A stretch of 64,000 bases of DNA from Oceanispirochaeta sp. (GCA_963666275.2 CAXXOA010000001.1:640001-704000); one strand, 5' to 3'; counted from the stretch's first letter, positions 41,975 through 53,403 are shown. Numbers and translations are program-made. The notes: generated by a model not told the origin, from the sequence alone.

Positions 41975-43461
41975 TGGAAATGATTCATATTCTTGCCTAT
42001 CTAACGGATATCCGGTTTATCCTCTTTGTTCTGATGGGGGCTGTGTCCGGAATGTTCGTGGGCTCCATTCCGGGACTTTCCGTCACAATGGCCACGGCAA
42101 TCCTTGTTTCCATCACCTATACCTGGGCCACAAGCGATGCCCTGGGGCTTATCATGGGGCTCTACGTGGTGGGAGTTTTCAGCGGAGCCCTTTCGGCAAT
42201 TCTTATCAACATTCCCGGAGCGCCCTCCTCTGTGGTAACTACCTTTGACGGCCATCCCATGGCCCGGAAAGGGGAGGCCCACAAGGGCTTGAGGATCGCC
42301 ACATTCTATTCCTTCGTAGGAAGCGTTTTCGGCCTTCTCATGCTTTTTCTCCTGGGACGCCCCATAAGCCATCTGGCCATTAAATTCCAGCCCATGGACT
42401 ACTTCCTTCTGGCGGCCTTCGGTCTTTCAGCCGTAGGATCCCTGACAGGGGAGTCCTTCTCAAAAGGGATGATCAGCGTTCTGGCAGGGCTTTTTCTGTC
42501 TCTCATCGGTCTGGATTCGGTCATGGGCACCCCCAGGTTGACCATGGGAATCTGGAACCTCCAGGCAGGGGTCCCCATTGTGCCCGCCCTGGTGGGGCTT
42601 TTCGGTTTTTCCGAAGTGCTGATTGTAATCTCCGAAGGGAATGTACACTCCCAGATTTCGGAAGTCAAAAAAATGACCATAAAGTTCCGGGATCTGACAA
42701 AGCATTTTGTCCACTCCCTCTACTACAGTACTATAGGAACCCTCGTGGGCGCTCTTCCCGGAGCGGGAGGCCCCGTAGCCTCGTTCCTGGCCTATTCGGA
42801 AGCAAAGAGGCTTGTGAAAAATCCGCCCGTACCCTTCGGCGAAGGAGCGGAAGAGGGAATCGTTGCCTCTGAATCCTCCAATAACGCCTGTATCGGCGGG
42901 GCTCTCATTCCCATGCTGACCCTGGCTATTCCCGGCGATGCGGTGACCGCCATTATCCTGTCGGTCTTCTATGTCCACGGCCTCCAGCCGGGACCCATGT
43001 TTATTCAGACCCAGCCGGAGTTCTTCTCTGTTATCCTGGCGGGAGGATTCCTTGGATGTCTCGCCCTGCTGCTTCTGGGACTCTTTGTGGCTCCCCATAT
43101 GGCCCGGGTCCTGACGGTCCCCAAAAACATTCTGCTCCCGGCCATCACAGTGCTCTGCGTGATCGGCGCTTATGCCTACAACACCAGAATGTTCGATGTG
43201 CTTCTGATGATGCTCTTCGGAGTGCTCGGTTATTTCATGAGGAAACACGGCTATTCGGTGGCGCCGCTGACTCTGGCTCTGGTGCTGGGAAAAATGATGG
43301 ATGACAACTTCCGCCGGGCTGTTTCTCTGGCCATCTCGGAAGACAACATGATGGTTGCCCTTTTCGGCCGGCCCATTACCATGGTTCTGCTGGTTCTGAC
43401 AGTTATTACAGTTCTTATGAACTTTCCCTTCTGGAGGCTGAAGAAGAAGCGTAAAGGGTAG
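41974..43461 (+). CDS. tctA: Tripartite tricarboxylate transporter large permease
   Basis: GSIPGLSVTMA, NIPGAP, DGHPMA, ESSNNA, IPMLTLAIPGD. Confidence 0.93.
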   Translation: MEMIHILAYLTDIRFILFVLMGAVSGMFVGSIPGLSVTMATAILVSITYTWATSDALGLIMGLYVVGVFSGALSAILINIPGAPSSVVTTFDGHPMARKGEAHKGLRIATFYSFVGSVFGLLMLFLLGRPISHLAIKFQPMDYFLLAAFGLSAVGSLTGESFSKGMISVLAGLFLSLIGLDSVMGTPRLTMGIWNLQAGVPIVPALVGLFGFSEVLIVISEGNVHSQISEVKKMTIKFRDLTKHFVHSLYYSTIGTLVGALPGAGGPVASFLAYSEAKRLVKNPPVPFGEGAEEGIVASESSNNACIGGALIPMLTLAIPGDAVTAIILSVFYVHGLQPGPMFIQTQPEFFSVILAGGFLGCLALLLLGLFVAPHMARVLTVPKNILLPAITVLCVIGAYAYNTRMFDVLLMMLFGVLGYFMRKHGYSVAPLTLALVLGKMMDDNFRRAVSLAISEDNMMVALFGRPITMVLLVLTVITVLMNFPFWRLKKKRKG

Positions 43462-43487
43462 AGCCTTTTCTATCTGGAAACCATAGT

Positions 43488-43535
43488 CAGATATCCCCAC
43501 CCTCCTGTCAAAAAGGACAGGAGGGAGAGATCTGA
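43488..43535. terminator. Hairpin between convergent genes
   Basis: CCCTCCTGTC-AAAAAG-GACAGGAGGG with extended stem. Confidence 0.6.
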
Positions 43536-43549
43536 TTGCGGGGAACTCC

Positions 43550-43879
43550 CTATTTTTTCTTCCTGGATTTCTCCTGTTCTTTAATAGTCGTCTTCAGCAG
43601 ACCATTATAGGAAATTTTGGCCAGCAGGTAGCGAAGTTTTGTAAAAGGATTCCGGGATCTTTTGATAATGATTTCCACGCTGGTGATATTCATTTTCAGA
43701 ATGTTTTTCTGAACATTGGCTTTCAGCTTTTTAAAGGCTTTGCTTCCGGGGGCCTGACCGGACTGCAGGAAGTCTGTCAGATCCTTTCTGTCCTTTCCGG
43801 ACATCAGTTTCAGAATCTGTTTCAGCTGCTGTTCCTGCCGGGACATGATCTCTTTCTGTACTTCAGGTTTTAATTTCAA
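43550..43879 (-). CDS. Hypothetical Lys-rich protein
   Basis: 109-aa ORF with AGGGAG RBS and TTG start; no motif recognised. Confidence 0.6.
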   Translation of the reverse strand: MKLKPEVQKEIMSRQEQQLKQILKLMSGKDRKDLTDFLQSGQAPGSKAFKKLKANVQKNILKMNITSVEIIIKRSRNPFTKLRYLLAKISYNGLLKTTIKEQEKSRKKK

Positions 43880-44100
43880 CTTTTCTCTCCCTTAAGTTTT
43901 TACATCTTTTTCAAGCTGGGATTTTATATCATAAACCGGCGAAGGAAAAGGTTTTTATTTCCGACTTCAGCGGGAAAAAGAGGAGTTTTGAGATGCTCTA
44001 TTGGGTTTTGAAGTAATAAAACCCGGAAAGAAAAGAATTGTGAGATCCCGGTTTATCGCTTAATTTTATATATATAATGTCCTTGAAAAAGTAATTGATC

Positions 44101-45849
44101 ATGATAAAAAAAGTCAGAACGCTCCTTATATTCTTTTTATTTACTCTCTCTCTTGCGGCCGAACAGAAAAATATTTTTTTCCTTCATACCTATCCGGATA
44201 TTTTTCCCTGGACTGAAAATCTGAATGAAGGTATTGAAGAGAGTCTGAAAGAACTGGAGGACTGGGCACTTTTTACCGAGAGCCTGGATTATCCCCTTCT
44301 GGGAAGTTCCATGAATGAAGAGGCCTGGAGGGATTTTGTTTCCCAGAAGTACAAGTCTATTGAATTTGATGTGGTCATGGCCGAATCGGATCCGGCATGC
44401 CGGATTATATCAGAGTACGGTAAAGAACTTTTCGGGGACATTCCCAAAATCCTTTTTACAAGTGCCCCCATGGAACATGGCCCGGATGTGTACAACCTGA
44501 TCGATCAGCTGGATGATGCTGTCAGGGATACATTTGACATGGCCATGCAGCAGAATCCTGACAGCCGTGAGATCCTGGTTATTTCAAATAACAGTGAATA
44601 CCCGAATCAGATGAAAATCCTTTTGAATGCCATCGAAAAAACATCCCTCCCTCTGAGGATCCTTTCTGATTTTTCCCTGGAAGATTTGATATCCATTCTC
44701 GAATCGCTGGAGGGAGATGAGGTTCTGTTCTACTTTCCCGTATTTTCAGATAACAGTGGAGAATCTTTTGTTCCCCGACTTGTCCTTGCTGAGATTTCCG
44801 GCCTCAGTCCCAGCCCCATATACACATTCTGGGGGTCTCTTATGAATACCGGAAGTGCCGGAGGAGTCGTCGTTGACGGTAGAAAAATTTCCATTGAGAT
44901 GTTCCGGGCTGCAGAGGATTATCTGAGGACAGGATTATTCAGCAACGATTACAGTACCAACCAGGCCTATATGGACTGGAAAGCCATAAAAAACTTTCGC
45001 CTTGATATGCAGAAGACCTCAGGTGATATTGTATATCTCAATAAACCGCCGCCACTTTTCAAAGCCTATTTTTTACCGATTATGGCAACTTCCACCCTTC
45101 TTCTGCTTCTGTTTCTCCTGATCTCTCTTCTGGCTGTCTATAAAACCTCCCGGGCAAACAGGGCTCTCAAAGAGGTCATGCTTCTGGAACAGGAAAAAAA
45201 CTGGCTGGAGGAAGTCGGGAAAATGGCGGCTCTCATGGCCCATAAGATGAACAATCAGCTCTCCGGGGCCTACGGTTTTCTTCAACTGGCCCAGAATAAA
45301 ACTACCGGCGACAGGGATTTGCAGGACCTCTGGGACAGAATCATGTTATCCCTGGAAAATACCCGACAGACAGCCAATCAGTTCATCTCTTTCTCTCCGG
45401 GAGGAGAGCCCCGAAAGCAGGAGACTGTTCTGGATGACTTTCTGGGCTCATTTCTGACAAAGCAGAAGGATGGGGCAAATCTTAAACTGTCAATTCATAG
45501 AAGAGTGAAACATACAAAGATTACCCTGGATCCCATTCAGATCGAAAACGCCCTTCAGTATATACTGGATTATTGTTTAAAAAGGAAAAAGGAGAACACA
45601 CCTGTTTCTGTTTCTCTGGAAAAGGATCCCGGTCAGACAGTCCGGATAAATCTCTCTTTTTTATCAGAAGAAATGCTTCCTGTCGAAGATCAGGGCATTT
45701 TCGATTTGCTGGGAGATATAACCCGGGATATTTCCGATTTTTATCTGACCATAAGCCGTTCGGTTGTTTTGAAACATAAAGGGACCCTGGAGTTTCTTAA
45801 AAAAAATCCCGACCTCTATACCTTCAGGATTTCTCTCCCTTCCGGGTAA
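44101..45849 (+). CDS. Sensor-kinase-like protein with periplasmic ABC-type sensor and degenerate ATPase domain
   Basis: LHTYPDIFPW sensor; TM segment; H-box MAHKMNNQL; N, G1 and G2 boxes not recognisable. Confidence 0.7.
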   Translation: MIKKVRTLLIFFLFTLSLAAEQKNIFFLHTYPDIFPWTENLNEGIEESLKELEDWALFTESLDYPLLGSSMNEEAWRDFVSQKYKSIEFDVVMAESDPACRIISEYGKELFGDIPKILFTSAPMEHGPDVYNLIDQLDDAVRDTFDMAMQQNPDSREILVISNNSEYPNQMKILLNAIEKTSLPLRILSDFSLEDLISILESLEGDEVLFYFPVFSDNSGESFVPRLVLAEISGLSPSPIYTFWGSLMNTGSAGGVVVDGRKISIEMFRAAEDYLRTGLFSNDYSTNQAYMDWKAIKNFRLDMQKTSGDIVYLNKPPPLFKAYFLPIMATSTLLLLLFLLISLLAVYKTSRANRALKEVMLLEQEKNWLEEVGKMAALMAHKMNNQLSGAYGFLQLAQNKTTGDRDLQDLWDRIMLSLENTRQTANQFISFSPGGEPRKQETVLDDFLGSFLTKQKDGANLKLSIHRRVKHTKITLDPIQIENALQYILDYCLKRKKENTPVSVSLEKDPGQTVRINLSFLSEEMLPVEDQGIFDLLGDITRDISDFYLTISRSVVLKHKGTLEFLKKNPDLYTFRISLPSG

Positions 45850-45927
45850 AGCCCCAGGTGGAGTCCCAGGCCGGAGCAGGAGTGAACTGATTCCTCCTGT
45901 TCTTCTTCCGGCAGAGACACCCCGGTC

Positions 45928-46896
45928 TCAGTTTACCGGTGTTTTAGCCTTTCCCGTTTCCAGAATGCTTTTCAGGTTTTCAGCGGCCAGCATGGCCATC
46001 TGCGTCCTGGTCTGAATGGTCGCCGATCCGATATGGGGAGTCAGCACAACATTATTCATTTCAAGCAGCGGATTGTCCGTTCCTACAGGTTCCGTTTCAA
46101 ATACATCCAGGCCGGCACCGGCGATCTGTCCCTCTTTCAGAGCTTCGATCAGGGCCTTTTCATCTATAGTCCGGCCCCGGGAGGCATTGATCAGAAATGC
46201 CGTCTCTTTCATGAGGGAAAACTCTTTCCTGCCTATCATTCCCCGGGTTTCTTCCGTCAGAGGAGTGAGCAGAACTATAAAATCCGATTCCTTCAGCAGA
46301 GTTGCCAGATCTGCATATACCGCACCCCACCTCATTTCAGCGTCAGGTTTTCTGCTTCTGTTATGATAGAGCAGATTCATGGAAAATCCTTCCGAGGCTC
46401 TGCGGGCAACGGCATTTCCGATATTTCCCATTCCTATGATTCCCAGGGTTTTATGGTGAACATCCAGGCCGAAAAGACCATTCAGGTTGGCAGTCGACCA
46501 TTTGCCGTTACGGATATCTCTGTCCAGTTCCGCCACCCGCCGGGAAGCACTGAGCATCAGTCCCAGGACCAGATCGGCTACGGTTTCATCCAGAATCCCC
46601 GGTGTATTGGTGACTATGACATTCCGTCTGGCTGCTTCGGCTGTATCGACACGGTCATACCCCACAGAAACATTGCAGACCGCTTTCAGTGAGGGGGCTG
46701 CGTCAAAAAACTCCCTGTCAACATACGTTCCCATCACCATAACTCCGTCTTTGTCTTTCAGTTTTTCAAGTAGTTCATTCCGGGGGATCCTGGCTGCATC
46801 GCAGTATTCACAGAAGCAGAAGCTTTCCAGAAACTCTTTGACCCTATCCGCAATCTCAACCCCAACAAGTATTTTGAAATCTTTCATATCTGCCAC
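45928..46896 (-). CDS. D-2-hydroxyacid dehydrogenase (glyoxylate reductase-like)
   Basis: SVGYD, GIIGMGNIG, INASRG, GLDVFETEP, TPHIGSAT; start may be ATG 46887. Confidence 0.92.
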   Translation of the reverse strand: MADMKDFKILVGVEIADRVKEFLESFCFCEYCDAARIPRNELLEKLKDKDGVMVMGTYVDREFFDAAPSLKAVCNVSVGYDRVDTAEAARRNVIVTNTPGILDETVADLVLGLMLSASRRVAELDRDIRNGKWSTANLNGLFGLDVHHKTLGIIGMGNIGNAVARRASEGFSMNLLYHNRSRKPDAEMRWGAVYADLATLLKESDFIVLLTPLTEETRGMIGRKEFSLMKETAFLINASRGRTIDEKALIEALKEGQIAGAGLDVFETEPVGTDNPLLEMNNVVLTPHIGSATIQTRTQMAMLAAENLKSILETGKAKTPVN

Positions 46897-47086
46897 CTCT
46901 CTCAGGGGATTCTACTGTTCCCGGAAAGGGAAATCAATTCCCTTTAACCATACTTTCTCCCCCTAAATGGTAATCTCAGAAAGATCAGACAGGACCTCTT
47001 TCCATCTTTTTATGGTAATTCCGCATAATCCCATTTAATATTGAAAGTATTATTGATGAGACAATTAAGGAGCTGTCCACACCCCT

Positions 47087-49006
47087 ATGAAACTCAGTGA
47101 TTTACATATTCATCACATACGATACAAACTTCTGATTTTCTATTGGCTCCTGACTGTTGTTATCCTGATCGGTTACAGCATTTCCATCTTTTTCTCCATA
47201 AAACAGTCCATACTTGATACAGCCAATGACACACTGGCCATGCAGATGGATCTGATCAAGACAAGTATTGAAACCAGTTACGAAGCTTCGATCAAAGGCT
47301 TCTACAGAGCCACAGCCTACACGTCAATGGATGTGGTAAAGTCCTGCTATGAAAAATCCCGCACAGGAGAGCTCTCTGTTGCCCAGGCTCAGGATCTGGC
47401 CTGGAGCCTCCTGAAAGGGACCGGCCTGGGGCCTTCGGGCTACATTGCCATACTGAACAGCAAAGGGATCCTGGTATATCATCGCTATGAGGAATACCAG
47501 GGAAATGATGTGAGCGGAACACAGCTGACCCAGGCTGTCATTGCAGGAAATGAAACGTTTATTGAATATGACTGGCTCAATCCGGGAGATGAAAATCCCA
47601 GGGAAAAGCTCCTTTACAGCCTCTACTTTGAGCCCTGGGACTGGTATCTCAGTATCACAGGGTACAAAGATGAGCTGAAGCAGCTTGTAACTCTATCGGA
47701 CTTCGAAGATAAGATCCTGTCCATCCAATTCGGCGAGACCGGATATCCCATTGTGGTGGATATGGAGGGAACCCTTCTGATTCACCCTGCTTACAAGGGG
47801 ATCAATATGATGGACAGGGATGACAGCATGGGGGAAATTGTCCGGAAGTCCCTTGAGTTGAGAAACGGAAAAAGTGAGTATCTCTGGAAAAATCCCGGTG
47901 AGAATTCCTATAGAAAAAAACTTACCTTTTTCTCTGAGATTCCCCAGTTCAGTATTATTGTGGCTGTTACCATTTATGAGTCGGAGATCCTGGAGCCTCT
48001 GGACAACATTAGAATCATCTTTTATCTGGTCAGCATCCTCTCTTTTCTGGCAACCGGGATTGTTACTGTTTTTATTAGCAAGTCCATAACCAAGCCTATT
48101 GTGGAACTGAAACAAAAGATGAACACCGCCGCGTCGGGAGACCTTTCCATCCGGTCACAGATCCTCTCCCGTGATGAGGTAGGCGAGATAGGACTCCATT
48201 TCAATGCTCTCATATCGGCTCTCCAGCAGAACCGGGCAGAGCTGGATATGACACAGAAAAAGCTGATCCGTGAGGAGAGATTTTCCAATGTGGGACGCCT
48301 GCTGGCACGGATCTCCCATCATCTCAATACGCCCCTGGGCAATGCGCTTATGACAGGATCCTATCTGGAAGAGGAGCTGAAAACCTGTGAGATGATCATG
48401 GAAAAGGGAAGTCCGGGGAATTCTGAACTTCAGGGGCATTTCAGCAGGATCAGCGAAGCTTCCAGTCTGATGAAGAAGTCTATCGACAAGTCTGTAGATA
48501 TTGTCAGGAATTTCAAGCTTCTCCAGTATGATGCGGCAGAAAGGGTTCCTGTCAGATCGGATATAAAAGAGTTTCTGGCAGTGCATTTCAGATCAACCTG
48601 GCTGAACCTCCTCGAAGGGGATTTTTCCATCACCATCGAATGCCCCGATAAGCTGGAGCTCTGTACGGACTATTCCCTTCTGCGTCTTGTTCTGGATAAG
48701 CTGGCTTCCAATTCTCAGGTTCATGGATTCAAAGGCCGTACTGAGGGGGAGATCTCTATTCAGATCCGTCCGGAAGGGATGGGCGTCAGAATCCTGTATT
48801 CGGACAATGGTGACGGAATCCCCGCAAAAATGGCCGACCGTGTTTTTGAACCTTTTTTCAGTCTGGATGAGAATTTCAACAACACAGGTCTCGGTCTGAA
48901 TATCCTCTATACAGTTGTTACAACAGCTCTGGAAGGGACAATCCAGTATGTGGGAGATATCTCCGGCTGCTGTTACAGTCTTTTCCTTCCGGATCTTCGG
49001 GAATAG
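47087..49006 (+). CDS. Cache-HAMP sensor histidine kinase
   Basis: Two Cache-like domains; ISHHLNTPLG; NSQVHGF; DNGDG; TGLGL. Confidence 0.88.
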   Translation: MKLSDLHIHHIRYKLLIFYWLLTVVILIGYSISIFFSIKQSILDTANDTLAMQMDLIKTSIETSYEASIKGFYRATAYTSMDVVKSCYEKSRTGELSVAQAQDLAWSLLKGTGLGPSGYIAILNSKGILVYHRYEEYQGNDVSGTQLTQAVIAGNETFIEYDWLNPGDENPREKLLYSLYFEPWDWYLSITGYKDELKQLVTLSDFEDKILSIQFGETGYPIVVDMEGTLLIHPAYKGINMMDRDDSMGEIVRKSLELRNGKSEYLWKNPGENSYRKKLTFFSEIPQFSIIVAVTIYESEILEPLDNIRIIFYLVSILSFLATGIVTVFISKSITKPIVELKQKMNTAASGDLSIRSQILSRDEVGEIGLHFNALISALQQNRAELDMTQKKLIREERFSNVGRLLARISHHLNTPLGNALMTGSYLEEELKTCEMIMEKGSPGNSELQGHFSRISEASSLMKKSIDKSVDIVRNFKLLQYDAAERVPVRSDIKEFLAVHFRSTWLNLLEGDFSITIECPDKLELCTDYSLLRLVLDKLASNSQVHGFKGRTEGEISIQIRPEGMGVRILYSDNGDGIPAKMADRVFEPFFSLDENFNNTGLGLNILYTVVTTALEGTIQYVGDISGCCYSLFLPDLRE

Positions 49007-49042
49007 TACCTTATAGACACAACATATAACCGGGAGGACGGG

Positions 49043-50314
49043 ATGATAACAAAAGATCAGAAAGCCAGTTACCGGGGGTTCTTATGGCACGGGGTGTTCC
49101 TTGCCCTGACTGTCACTTTTACCGAAGTGAACACAGTACTCCCCGCTATGGTCATCCAGGTGGGTGGCTCGGAAATCCATATCGGGATAATCACAGCCAT
49201 TATGATGGGATTCCCTCTGATTTCCCAGCTGCTTTTTGCCCCTTTCGTTCAGTCCGCCAACAGGAAAAAGCCCTTTCTGATAGGCGGGCTCTATGCCAGG
49301 ATGATCTCTCTCTTCGGGATAGGCCTGCTTCTCGGTTATACAGGATCCCTGTCAGCTGTTACCGTTCTGGCTTTCATCTATCTCGGTTTGACAGTATTTA
49401 CCCTGTCGGGAGCATTTGCCGGAATCAGCTATGTTTCATTGATCGGTCTATCCATTCCGGACAGCCTCAGAAAGCAGTTCTTTCTGAGGAAACAGGTTTT
49501 CTGGAGCCTGGGTGTGTTCTGTTCGGGGCTCCTGACCCGCTATGTCCTAACCGGCCTGGAGGGGGCTTTACGGTACCGGGTCCTCTTTTTTCTGGCCTCC
49601 CTGATGCTGGCCGCCGGATCCATAGGTTTCTGGATGATCCGGGAACCCCGGGTGATCGGAACAGACCGCCCGCAGGAATCTCTTGCTGTGATTCTCAAAT
49701 CCATAGGAGGTATTCTCAGAGAGGACAGGACCTTCAGACACTACTGCGTCGCCGTCAACCTCCTGACCCTTTCCATTGCGGTCATTCCCTTTTACGTTCC
49801 TGCTCTGATCAGGCATTTTTCTCTGAATTCGGATTTTATAGGGACCATCGTACTGCTGCAGATGGGAGGAATGGTCCTCTCGAATCTTCTCTGGCCCGGA
49901 ATCATAGAACCCCTGGGCTTCAAAGGACTATTGAAAATCCAGGCTGCCGGAAGTTTTCTCATCCCCCTTTTTCTGGCTGTTTCTCTGTTCCTTTCCCAGG
50001 GAAGGTGGATTCTCTACTGTGTTTTTCCGATGGAGGGAGCCCTGGCGGGAGCGCATAAAATGTCGGGAGAAGCGGTTCTTGTACAGATCAGTCACAAAGA
50101 GAAAAGGCCTCTTTATTCGGGCATCTACGGGGCCCTGAATCTGGCCAGTGCCCTGGCGCCTCTCCTTCTGGGAGTTCTGCTTAAAAAGATCTCCTTCCCG
50201 GTACTTTTTCCGGCGGTGGGATTGCTCTCTCTGCTCTCTTTTCCTTTTATCTCCTCCATGGTCTGTCCGGTGGATACGGAAAGGGCCAGACGTGATATGA
50301 TAGGAAACCGCTGA
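49043..50314 (+). CDS. MFS transporter
   Basis: About 12 hydrophobic segments; NTVLP; KRPLYSG. Confidence 0.8.
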   Translation: MITKDQKASYRGFLWHGVFLALTVTFTEVNTVLPAMVIQVGGSEIHIGIITAIMMGFPLISQLLFAPFVQSANRKKPFLIGGLYARMISLFGIGLLLGYTGSLSAVTVLAFIYLGLTVFTLSGAFAGISYVSLIGLSIPDSLRKQFFLRKQVFWSLGVFCSGLLTRYVLTGLEGALRYRVLFFLASLMLAAGSIGFWMIREPRVIGTDRPQESLAVILKSIGGILREDRTFRHYCVAVNLLTLSIAVIPFYVPALIRHFSLNSDFIGTIVLLQMGGMVLSNLLWPGIIEPLGFKGLLKIQAAGSFLIPLFLAVSLFLSQGRWILYCVFPMEGALAGAHKMSGEAVLVQISHKEKRPLYSGIYGALNLASALAPLLLGVLLKKISFPVLFPAVGLLSLLSFPFISSMVCPVDTERARRDMIGNR

Positions 50315-50416
50315 GGAAAACTCTCTGAAAATACTATTTGCCATGTTTATTATTATCTATTAAACTTACTCAGCGGAACAAACTGATTTGTCTGTGTAAA
50401 ATTATCGGAAGTGTAA

Positions 50417-53356
50417 ATGAAAAAAGTATCCATGAAGGGGCTTCTTATCTTTGGAATGCCCGGCCTGATCATAGCCGTCGCATTCGGCCTTGTCCTGACC
50501 ACACATTTCTCAACAAAGAAGGTTTTTACAAGGCATGCCCGAAATATCATGCAGAATGTCACATCTTTTACGATCGATAAAGCCCGGAGCCATCTGGATC
50601 CCGCCAGGGATGCGGCCCTTCTGACCGGAGCTCTGGCTGTAAACAATATTGTCACATCCAGTGAAGTTTCAGCGATGGAGAGCTATTTTTTTGAACAGCT
50701 CCTCATAAATTCCCAGTTCTCAAATATCTATTACGGATCTGTCAACGGGGAGTTCATCATGGCTTCCCGAAACGGGGAAGAACAGTTCCTTTCCAAAATA
50801 ATCTCCCTGGACCGGGAGGGGAGGCAGGTCCATTTCAAAGAGATGGATCAGACCCTCTCTCTTCTGAGAGAATACGACAATCCCGGGGATGATTATGACC
50901 CCCGCAAACGTCCCTGGTTCCAGCAGGCTCTGGAAAAGGGGGAGCTCATCTGGACCAACCCCTATATCTTCTATACCTCCCGAAGCCCCGGGATCACCAC
51001 CGCCAGTCCGGTGTATGACGATCAGGGAAATCTGCTGGGAGTGGTCGGGGTTGATATTGAAATATCCGATCTGTCCGATTTCTTTGCCACTCTCAAAGTG
51101 GGAAACAGCGGGAAGGCTTTTATTCTGGACAATGCGGGGCAGGTCATAGCCTATCCGGATAAAAGCAAAATTACCCATACTATGGGGCAGAGCAACACTC
51201 TGGAGCTCGTCACAATCGCCGATCTGGACGACCATGTCAGTAAAGCCGCCTACAATACATTGAGCAGCCTCGAGTATGACTTCAGCAATGAAGAGGATCT
51301 GTTTTTTACATTCTCTTATGAAGGAGAGAACTATTACGCCATGTTCTCCCATTTCAATGTCTCCTACTGGCCCTGGCTGATGGGTGTCTATATCCCTCAG
51401 GATGATTTTATGGGGCAGCTGAAGGAAAACCGTAATTTCAGTATTGCCATGATCATCCTTCTGGGGGCGGTATCAGGATTCATAGGCTTTCTGATAACCC
51501 GGTCTATCCTGCAGTCTCTGGACAATCTCAGGCAGGCGGCTCATCAGGTCGGCAGGGGAAATCTCCAGAGCCAGATTGCCATCAGCACAGGCTATAGCGA
51601 ACTGGATGAAACCGCGGCGGTTTTCGAGTATATGAGGAACAGCCTGGAGGAGTACTCCTCCCATATGGAGTTTATGGTCCGCAAGAGAACCGAAGAGCTC
51701 GAGAAAAAGAACCGGGAACTGGGAGATGAGATCCTACAGAGGAAAAAAGCGGAAAAAGAACTGATTTATGCCCGGAACAGAGCTGACGAATCAAGGCAGA
51801 TCGCCGAGTCCGCCAACAAAGCGAAGAATACATTCCTGGCGAACATATCCCATGAGATCCGGACTCCCCTGTCGGGGATTATAGGATATGCCGAACTGAT
51901 GAATCAGGATAATTCTCCCGAGGTAAACAACAAGTTCCGGGAAACCATCCTTAAGGAGTCGGAGCGTCTGATTGCCCTGATAAACAGGCTCCTTGATATC
52001 TCAAAGATCGAATCCGGTCAGGTTATTGTTGAAAATAAACCCTTCGCCCTCATGAGTGTCCTGGAGGCCTCCTGGGGAGATATCTCTGCAAAACTTGTAG
52101 AGAAGGGGCTTGATAAAGTCATTGAGGTTGCTCCGGATGTACCGGACAGGCTGGTGGGGGATTCTCATCTGCTGACTCAGATCCTGACGAACCTTCTTTC
52201 CAACAGTGTGAAATTCACCCATCAGGGATCGATTGCCATGAATATCTCAGCCGCCGAGGGCTCCGAAAACACTGTGGAACTCTATTTTTCCGTCTCAGAT
52301 ACGGGGATCGGTATCCCCGAGGACAAATTGGGTGATATCTTTCAGATGTTTTTTCAGGGAGACAATTCCATAAGCCGCAATTACGGCGGATTCGGTCTGG
52401 GCCTCTCCATTGTCAAGGAGCTGTCCGAACTGATGGGCGGTTCGGTTTCTGTCAGAAGTTCCCGGTACAAGGGGACAACCTTTGTGGTCTCTCTGCCTTT
52501 CCAGCGTTTTCAGGAAGGCGGATATATAGAGTTTTCTCCCGAAGGAAAGTCCTCGCAGAATGATTCTTTCAGAGATCTGAAGGTTCTCCTGGCGGAAGAC
52601 TATAAAGTCAACCGGGATCTTATCCGGTATCATCTGGCTGAGACGGAATGCCAGCTGATTACTGCCCATAATGGTTCGGAAGCGATTGAGCTTTTTGAAA
52701 AAGAGAAACCCGATATCATCCTGATGGATATACAGATGCCCGGTATGGACGGCCTTGAAGCTACCCGAATCATCCGAAAACAGCCCGATGGACAGCGGGT
52801 CTGCATCATCGGAGTCACTGCCAATGCCTTCCCCCAGGATCTGAAAACCTACTGGAAAACAGGAATGAATGACTGCCTTGTCAAACCATTTAAAAGGAAA
52901 GACCTTTTTGACAAGTTGAAGCACTGGGAGAAATTCTCCCGGATGAGTCTCCTGGGTGATAAGACGGAAGAGTTGAATTACTCGGTTGTGTTTGATGAAC
53001 AGACCCTTCTGGAGGTCGTTGAAGACAACAGGGAAATGGCTGTTACCATCCTGGAGGGGTTCAGAATTGAATCTCAGAAGTTTTTTCTTCAGTTCAACGA
53101 ACTGGAGAAAAAGGGATATTTCGATGAAATCCACCGCCTGGCTCACGCCATGAAGTCCGGAGCTCTCAATGTCGGCGGCTTCCGCCTGGCCGAAGCCGCC
53201 AAAAAACTGGAAATGGCGGCACTGGACAGGGAAAGTCTCTTTATCCGGGAGCTTCAGGAACAGCTTCACGGTGAGTTCCTGATCTGGATGGAAGAGCAGA
53301 AAAAATGGGAAGAAAAACATTCTCAGATCGGCAGCGGCAGGGACAGGGGAAAATAA
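50417..53356 (+). CDS. Hybrid sensor kinase (dCache-HAMP-HK-REC-Hpt)
   Basis: YDPRKRPWF; FLANISHEIRTPL; DTGIG; MDIQMPGMDG; AHAMKSGA. Confidence 0.93.
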   Translation: MKKVSMKGLLIFGMPGLIIAVAFGLVLTTHFSTKKVFTRHARNIMQNVTSFTIDKARSHLDPARDAALLTGALAVNNIVTSSEVSAMESYFFEQLLINSQFSNIYYGSVNGEFIMASRNGEEQFLSKIISLDREGRQVHFKEMDQTLSLLREYDNPGDDYDPRKRPWFQQALEKGELIWTNPYIFYTSRSPGITTASPVYDDQGNLLGVVGVDIEISDLSDFFATLKVGNSGKAFILDNAGQVIAYPDKSKITHTMGQSNTLELVTIADLDDHVSKAAYNTLSSLEYDFSNEEDLFFTFSYEGENYYAMFSHFNVSYWPWLMGVYIPQDDFMGQLKENRNFSIAMIILLGAVSGFIGFLITRSILQSLDNLRQAAHQVGRGNLQSQIAISTGYSELDETAAVFEYMRNSLEEYSSHMEFMVRKRTEELEKKNRELGDEILQRKKAEKELIYARNRADESRQIAESANKAKNTFLANISHEIRTPLSGIIGYAELMNQDNSPEVNNKFRETILKESERLIALINRLLDISKIESGQVIVENKPFALMSVLEASWGDISAKLVEKGLDKVIEVAPDVPDRLVGDSHLLTQILTNLLSNSVKFTHQGSIAMNISAAEGSENTVELYFSVSDTGIGIPEDKLGDIFQMFFQGDNSISRNYGGFGLGLSIVKELSELMGGSVSVRSSRYKGTTFVVSLPFQRFQEGGYIEFSPEGKSSQNDSFRDLKVLLAEDYKVNRDLIRYHLAETECQLITAHNGSEAIELFEKEKPDIILMDIQMPGMDGLEATRIIRKQPDGQRVCIIGVTANAFPQDLKTYWKTGMNDCLVKPFKRKDLFDKLKHWEKFSRMSLLGDKTEELNYSVVFDEQTLLEVVEDNREMAVTILEGFRIESQKFFLQFNELEKKGYFDEIHRLAHAMKSGALNVGGFRLAEAAKKLEMAALDRESLFIRELQEQLHGEFLIWMEEQKKWEEKHSQIGSGRDRGK

Positions 53357-53403
53357 AAAAAGAATTTCTTTTTCAATCTTAAAAGAAACAGGTATTATAG
53401 TAT

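Noticed and set aside
49084..50058. 324-aa same-strand alternative-frame ORF
   Set aside because: Nested in the MFS gene, with Arg/Pro/Ser-rich composition typical of off-frame translation
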